From NCBI GenBank assembly GCA_030426125.1, contig JAUHZB010000002.1, positions 67,633 through 131,632 on the forward strand: 64,000 bases of DNA, in the 5' to 3' direction. The position numbers and the translations under genes are program-made. The stretch is from a bacterium (GTDB taxonomy: Bacteria > Patescibacteriota > Saccharimonadia > Saccharimonadales > AWTP1-31). This document shows, piece by piece, positions 58,493 through 64,000 of the stretch. Each line of letters opens with the position of its first letter. Within the stretch, counting starts at the first letter, position 1. The notes beneath the pieces were generated by a model, which had not been told where the DNA came from, made no database searches, and worked only from the letters and a program-made list of their open reading frames with translations.

Positions 58493-59284
58493 CTATTTAT
58501 CGCTATGTTCAGTTCTAGCATGTTTTACCAAGAAGAAAACGCTAGGTCCAAAGTAGGTCTTGGCTAGTTTGGCTTGAAGGAATGATTCTACTTTTAGCAT
58601 GGCCCCGATTGGCACTATCTTTTTTAGACCTGGTGAGCGTAGATTGGAAACCGATAATACTTTTTCGACTTTTAGGCCAGCATGAGCTAGTTGGCGAATT
58701 ACAGTTTTAGGGTTATGGTTTACGAAAGGAATTTCTTTCTTGTTCTGGTTTTTCTTGGAGCGGATATCTACTGGTTTTTCGGGTAGTTTCTGGGCTTTAA
58801 GAATATGTTTGATGCGGTTTCGAGCGTGTGAGTAGTTGGCTAGCTCTAAGATTAAATAACCGTCTTTGCTGAGAACTCGCTTGATTTCCTTGAATTCTTG
58901 ACTTGGATCTGGCAAGTGATGCATTACTCGAATCATAGTTATTAGATCCAGGCTATTATCCTTAAATTTGAGGTCGTCTGCTTGGGTTAGCTTTTTGTCT
59001 ATTTCAGGGTGATCTTTCAAAAATTCTTTAGCTATATCTAGCTGTTGCTGGCTGGGTTCGGCTAGCGTTACTTTATCGGCATAGTTTTCTAGAAAAATAC
59101 AAAGCCGTCCAAAACCACCGCCGATGTCAGCGGCATTTTTGAAGTGCTTGCCTTTTAATAGGCGTTTGATTGCTATTCTTTCAGCTTGGTTTTCGTAGTC
59201 TCTACCGTCCCAATACTTTAGATAGTTGTGCTTCGGGTCATTGTATTGATCGGACTTTTTTTTGGCAGATTTAGGTGCAGGCAT
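58493..59284 (-). CDS. Class I SAM-dependent methyltransferase
   Basis: DIGGGFGR, VMHHLPDP, RVL..DG. Confidence 0.85.
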   Translation of the reverse strand: MPAPKSAKKKSDQYNDPKHNYLKYWDGRDYENQAERIAIKRLLKGKHFKNAADIGGGFGRLCIFLENYADKVTLAEPSQQQLDIAKEFLKDHPEIDKKLTQADDLKFKDNSLDLITMIRVMHHLPDPSQEFKEIKRVLSKDGYLILELANYSHARNRIKHILKAQKLPEKPVDIRSKKNQNKKEIPFVNHNPKTVIRQLAHAGLKVEKVLSVSNLRSPGLKKIVPIGAMLKVESFLQAKLAKTYFGPSVFFLVKHARTEHSDK

Positions 59285-59360
59285 TTTAAGATTTTCTTTC
59301 CTATTTTTAGTTAATATTTATTGGAATGAAGGTAGTATAGCACGGGCAATTTATATATAG

Positions 59361-60623
59361 CTATTTGCTAACAAGCAGTAATTTATTCTTACCACGCTTA
59401 ACGATAAGATGGTTATTTATGAAGCTGAACTCGTTATTTTCAATGTCCTCGGAGGATATTTTCTGTCCATTAATCTGGATAGCACCTTCGCTAACAAAGC
59501 GGCGGGCTTCAGTCTTACTGCTAGCCAACTGGCCTTCTATTAAAACATCTAAGAAGTTTTTATCACCTAGACTAAGGTGCGGAATTTCGCGGGCTAGTAG
59601 TGCAAAGTCATCTTGGCTTAACTCTTGGTAGTTTTCGCTAAATAGTAGGTCAGTGATCTTGATTATTTGTTCAGTAATCTGCTGGCCATGAACCAGGGTA
59701 GTTACTTCGCTGGCCAATGTTTTTTGTGCTACTCTGGTGGCTTTGTTGGAGTTAAATTCTTCCATGATCTGATCAATTTCGTTTTTATCCAGTTCGGTGT
59801 AGGTTTTCAAGTAGCCTTCAACTCCTTGGTCATCGACATTTAACCAGAACTGGTAAAACTGGAATGGGGAGGTTAGCTCGGCATCTAGCCACACCGCTCC
59901 GTCTTCAGACTTACCGAATTTCTTTCCAGTTTGAGAATTAATAATTAGCGGAATAGTTAGGGCGTGTACTTCTTTGGAGCGAGTCCTTCGAATTAGATCG
60001 ACCCCAGATAAACAGTTACCCCACTGGTCGGAGCCCCCGATTTGTAGTTGGCAGTTGTATTTATCGAACAGGTGTAAGTAGTCCATCCCTTGTAATAAGG
60101 TGTAGCTGAACTCAGCGTAAGTGATTCCACTGCCTCCTTGGTTCATTCGTTTGGCAATGAAATCTCGCTGGACTAGCGGTGTCATACTGTAGTGTTTACC
60201 AATGTCTCTTAAAAAGTCGATAACCTTTAAGTCTTTGGTCCAGTCCAGGTTGTTTACTAGTTGGAATTGATGACCACGGTAAATATTATTAAACTGTTTT
60301 TCGGCTTGCTTAATATTGTTAGCTATTGTTTCTAGAGACTGTAGTTCACGCTCACTGTCCTTGCCTCCTGGATCGCCGATCAGACTGGTTGCTCCCCCAG
60401 CTAGAATAATGGCTTTGTGGCCATGACGTAGGAATACTTTATCGATCATCATGGCTGCTAGATTACCGATGGTTTGTGATGGTGCGCTAGCGTCAAAACC
60501 GTGGTAGAAAGTCCATTGCTGTTTGTCTAATTGGCCAATATCTTTAAAGGTGCTTTGGTTAATAAAACCACGCCACTGTAGCTCTTCTGAAAGGGTCATC
60601 TGCTGTTTATTACTTTTGCTCAT
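59361..60623 (-). CDS. tyrS: Tyrosine--tRNA ligase
   Basis: GFD, TIGN, IGDPGG, QIGGSDQWGN, KFGKS, C-terminal S4 domain. Confidence 0.96.
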   Translation of the reverse strand: MSKSNKQQMTLSEELQWRGFINQSTFKDIGQLDKQQWTFYHGFDASAPSQTIGNLAAMMIDKVFLRHGHKAIILAGGATSLIGDPGGKDSERELQSLETIANNIKQAEKQFNNIYRGHQFQLVNNLDWTKDLKVIDFLRDIGKHYSMTPLVQRDFIAKRMNQGGSGITYAEFSYTLLQGMDYLHLFDKYNCQLQIGGSDQWGNCLSGVDLIRRTRSKEVHALTIPLIINSQTGKKFGKSEDGAVWLDAELTSPFQFYQFWLNVDDQGVEGYLKTYTELDKNEIDQIMEEFNSNKATRVAQKTLASEVTTLVHGQQITEQIIKITDLLFSENYQELSQDDFALLAREIPHLSLGDKNFLDVLIEGQLASSKTEARRFVSEGAIQINGQKISSEDIENNEFSFINNHLIVKRGKNKLLLVSK

Positions 60624-60770
60624 GAAACGTATTATACATTAAGATCTATGGAATCCTTGTCGTAGTTCTAAGATAGGGTATCGGTAATAATAACTTATGT
60701 TTATATATGGATTTATTTTAGTGTTATTTGCTATAATAATGTAATTGATTGGAGTAACAACAATATATAT

Positions 60771-63764
60771 ATGAAGTCATCAAAGTCTAACAATAAACGA
60801 AGAAGCCCACGCAAGAGTAAAAACACTCACGTAACCCGTAGCGGTAAGAGCCTGAAGATCAATCAAAGCATTGGTCAGAAGCTTAAATCTCGCAAGAATG
60901 CTAAAGCCTCGCGTAAAGCAGAACGCTTAGCTGGACTACCCAAAGGCAGAGTTAAACGATTCTTTTATCACTTCCAGCCAAAGCGAATGTATAAATACTG
61001 GTTTAGCCGTGACGGCGCTATTATGGCCCTTAAAATTACCGGCGTTGGTTTAGCTGTAGCCTTCCTATTATTGTTGGGCTTATTTGCTTATTTTAGAAAA
61101 GATCTTCCTAACCTGCGCGATATCTCCGGAAACAACTTTGGTGGAAGCGTCCGTTATTATGACCGTACTGGTGAGACGCTACTGTGGGAAGACTATGATG
61201 CTATAAAAAGAATCCCGGTAGAGGATGAAAAGATTAGCCAGTACATGAAAGATGCAACCGTGGCTATCGAGGATAAGGACTTTTTCAAGCACGGCGGTTT
61301 TGACCTAAGAGGAATCCTTAGGGCTGGAGTTAACAATGCTGTTGGTAGCAGTAGTACTCAAGGTGGTTCTACTATCACTCAGCAATTAGTGAAATTAACT
61401 CAGAATTGGACCAAAGATAGGAGCTATACTCGAAAAGCTAAAGAGTTAATATTATCGGTTGAGCTAGAGCGAACATATTCTAAAGACGAGATATTAGCGG
61501 GATATCTAAACACTGCTCCTTACGGAAATGTCCAGTATGGTGTTGAAGCAGCCACTCGAGATTACTTCCAGAAGTCAGCCAAAGATTTAACTATCGCTGA
61601 AGCAGCATTCCTAGCCGCTATTCCAAAGTCCCCATCATTCTATTCTCCTTACGGTGCCTACTATAAAGCTAATCAGAAAGAGTCCCGTGAAGCTCTGATT
61701 GGACGTCAACACTATGTACTTGATCTAATGGCCGAGCAAGGCATGATAACCAACGAAGAGCGCGATAAAGCCAAAAAAGTTGAAATACTAGCCAAAGTTA
61801 AAGAACCGCAAGCTAAGTACGCAGGCATAAAAGCACCATGGTTTGTTCTGGCCGCCAAAAAACAGCTTGAACTGGAGAGAGGCGTTGATTCAGTTAAGGT
61901 GGGTGGATGGACAGTAACCACTACTCTAGATCTGGAGAAACAAAAGTTGGCTGAAGAACAAGTAGCCAATGGCCTACCTCAGATCCTGGCACAAGGTGGA
62001 GATACTGCAGCCTTCGCAGCCGAAGATGTTACAACTGGTCAGATGGTTGCCCTCGTCGGTGGAGTGGATTTTAAAAACAAAGAATTCGGTCAGTTTAATT
62101 ACGCCAACCGACCGCTTCCTCCAGGTTCTAGCTTCAAACCTTATGACTATGTTTCCCTAATTGAACATAGCGATAATGTTGGCGCTGGCTCAGTGCTATA
62201 TGACACCCAGGGTCCAATAACCGGCTGGCCTTGTACTAATAAAGCTAACCCGGAGCAAGGCGGTAACTGTCTATGGAATTATGATTTCCGCTATCCTGGA
62301 CCAATGACGCTGCGTTATGCGCTTGGTGGTTCACGTAACGTGCCAGCTGTTAAGGCAATGTTGGCAACTGGTATAGATAAGACTATCGCTACTGCTGAAA
62401 AACTAGGTCTAAAGAGTGGCTATAAATGTTATGAAGATGAAGCTAATACTGTAGAAGGTCCTTGCTATGGTTCCTCAGCTATTGGAGATGGAGCATTTCT
62501 TAATCTAGACGAGCACGTGCATGGATACAGTAGTTTAGCTAGAAATGGTCTGAATATTCCACAAACATATATTCTAAAGATCACAAACTCTTCCAATAAA
62601 GTAATCTCTGAGTGGAAGCCAAGCAAAGGTACTCAGGCTGTCCGACCAGATTCAGCATATATAGTTTCAGACATGTTAAAAGATCCAAATGCTAGCTACT
62701 TCCCTGCAGGCCGTAAGCCACATCGCTATAACGGGTGGAAATTTGCAATGAAGACTGGAACAACTAACGACGGTAAAGACGGATGGATGATGGGCTTCTC
62801 AGCTAAGTATGCAGCTGGTGTCTGGGTCGGGTACCACACTAGGGAGCGAGTCATGAGTGGAACTATGGAGGCTATGACCCAACCAATTTGGCAGGGATGG
62901 ATGAACGGTGCTCACGATGGTGAGAAAGTCATAGAACAACCAAAACCAGAAGGCGTGAAGACTGCTCCAGCCTATATCGTACGTAGTCATGTAGGAATTG
63001 GTTCAGTTGAGCCTAGTCCTTCAACCGATCTTGTACCTTCATGGTATAAAGCTCCGAATCGATCTTCAGAGAATCAAGTGATCGATAAGGTATCCAAGAA
63101 AATTGCTACCGAGTGTACTCCTGAACGAGCTAAAGACAAGGTCACTGGTGGTTCGGCCAATCAGTTCTCAGTAGATCCTTTCGTCGGTGGCGGAGGTGGT
63201 GGTAATAACAGCGACAAGGACGATGTTCATAAATGTGATGATGCTAAGCCTAAAGTCTCGCTAAATATAACAACTACTAGTAATGGCTATAATCTATCGG
63301 TTAATGTAACTCAAGGTACTCACCCGATATCTAGCGATAAGTTCAAAGGCACCATTAACTACATCCTTAACGGTGAAACTATTAAGAGCTTTACCATAGA
63401 TGGACCTGGCAATAACCAAGCGAGATTTAGCTATAAGCCGGCTTATAGTGGTTCGCGAAAGATATACGCCGAAGTAATCGATAGCGTGCTCTACGACTCA
63501 ACTTCACAGCAAGGCTCATTGTCCGGTTCTTCCAATAACTCCAATTCCTCAAATCTATCAGTATCAGCTAGTAGCTTAGGTGGCAATAACTATAAGTTTA
63601 CCTGGACTGGAGCCTCTGGATCAGTCACGATTTATCGCTCAGATAATGATGATGAGATTTGTAGCGGTTCGGGAGCATCTGGAAGTTGTACCGATGCAGT
63701 CATGTCCTATAGTGGCGCTTACGCAAAAGACGACGACAAGACTGTTACAGTATCTGGTCCGTAA
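60771..63764 (+). CDS. Class A penicillin-binding protein (transglycosylase plus transpeptidase) with C-terminal Ser/Gly-rich beta domains
   Basis: TM anchor; EDKDFFKHGG, GGSTITQQLVK, RKAKE; SSFK, SRN, KTGT. Confidence 0.93.
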   Translation: MKSSKSNNKRRSPRKSKNTHVTRSGKSLKINQSIGQKLKSRKNAKASRKAERLAGLPKGRVKRFFYHFQPKRMYKYWFSRDGAIMALKITGVGLAVAFLLLLGLFAYFRKDLPNLRDISGNNFGGSVRYYDRTGETLLWEDYDAIKRIPVEDEKISQYMKDATVAIEDKDFFKHGGFDLRGILRAGVNNAVGSSSTQGGSTITQQLVKLTQNWTKDRSYTRKAKELILSVELERTYSKDEILAGYLNTAPYGNVQYGVEAATRDYFQKSAKDLTIAEAAFLAAIPKSPSFYSPYGAYYKANQKESREALIGRQHYVLDLMAEQGMITNEERDKAKKVEILAKVKEPQAKYAGIKAPWFVLAAKKQLELERGVDSVKVGGWTVTTTLDLEKQKLAEEQVANGLPQILAQGGDTAAFAAEDVTTGQMVALVGGVDFKNKEFGQFNYANRPLPPGSSFKPYDYVSLIEHSDNVGAGSVLYDTQGPITGWPCTNKANPEQGGNCLWNYDFRYPGPMTLRYALGGSRNVPAVKAMLATGIDKTIATAEKLGLKSGYKCYEDEANTVEGPCYGSSAIGDGAFLNLDEHVHGYSSLARNGLNIPQTYILKITNSSNKVISEWKPSKGTQAVRPDSAYIVSDMLKDPNASYFPAGRKPHRYNGWKFAMKTGTTNDGKDGWMMGFSAKYAAGVWVGYHTRERVMSGTMEAMTQPIWQGWMNGAHDGEKVIEQPKPEGVKTAPAYIVRSHVGIGSVEPSPSTDLVPSWYKAPNRSSENQVIDKVSKKIATECTPERAKDKVTGGSANQFSVDPFVGGGGGGNNSDKDDVHKCDDAKPKVSLNITTTSNGYNLSVNVTQGTHPISSDKFKGTINYILNGETIKSFTIDGPGNNQARFSYKPAYSGSRKIYAEVIDSVLYDSTSQQGSLSGSSNNSNSSNLSVSASSLGGNNYKFTWTGASGSVTIYRSDNDDEICSGSGASGSCTDAVMSYSGAYAKDDDKTVTVSGP

Positions 63765-63788
63765 TAGATAAGATAACAATCGTAGTCT

Positions 63789-64000
63789 TTAGTTAGATAA
63801 AAACTGATTTAAAGCATCACGAACGTTTTTGACGGAGTGAAGTCCAGCTGGTTTGCGTCCGCTTCGAACAATTGGACCTATGCCCCCGTCGAAGCCCAGC
63901 TTCTTAGCTTCCTTTAGCCGCTTGTCGATGTGGGGTACATGACGCACTTCCCCGCTTAGTCCGAGCTCACCGAAGACTACAGCATTCTTTTTCAGTTGCA
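63789..64000 (-). CDS. radA: DNA repair protein RadA/Sms (3' end only)
   Basis: Manual translation ...VVFGELGLSGEVRHVPHIDKRLKEAKKLGF...FLSN*. Confidence 0.9.
   Translation of the reverse strand, partial: QLKKNAVVFGELGLSGEVRHVPHIDKRLKEAKKLGFDGGIGPIVRSGRKPAGLHSVKNVRDALNQFLSN

Overview
Core-genome window of a Patescibacteria (CPR) bacterium, most likely Saccharibacteria/TM7. The assignment is inferred from the missing uL30, the compact genes and the divergent sequences; standard code 11 fits. Almost all genes lie on the minus strand: rpoBC, str, S10-spc-alpha and L13-S9 ribosomal clusters, secE-nusG-rplKA, rplJL, five tRNAs, three aminoacyl-tRNA synthetases, dnaX/holB, recG and radA. clpP, a class A PBP, tRNA-Trp and one small ORF lie on the plus strand. 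The main discovery is three unannotated leader-peptide attenuators, none in the ORF track, each with a promoter and mutually exclusive antiterminator/terminator hairpins. (i) An Ile-rich leader precedes ridA-ilvA. (ii) A leader with consecutive Tyr-Trp-Phe codons precedes a short class II DAHP synthase that appears to lack the allosteric insert. (iii) A Leu-rich leader precedes two orphan ORFs. Other notable points: EF-G has NKIN in place of NKxD and no normal G5 motif; structural zinc sites are lost across RpoC, DnaX, HolB, L33, L36 and S14; a LysM-Rpf protein has a structured leader; a leaderless clpP has a CIRCE operator; there is a Tmk-ThyX fusion; and orphan genes interrupt conserved operons. 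All calls are by manual reading and no searches were run.
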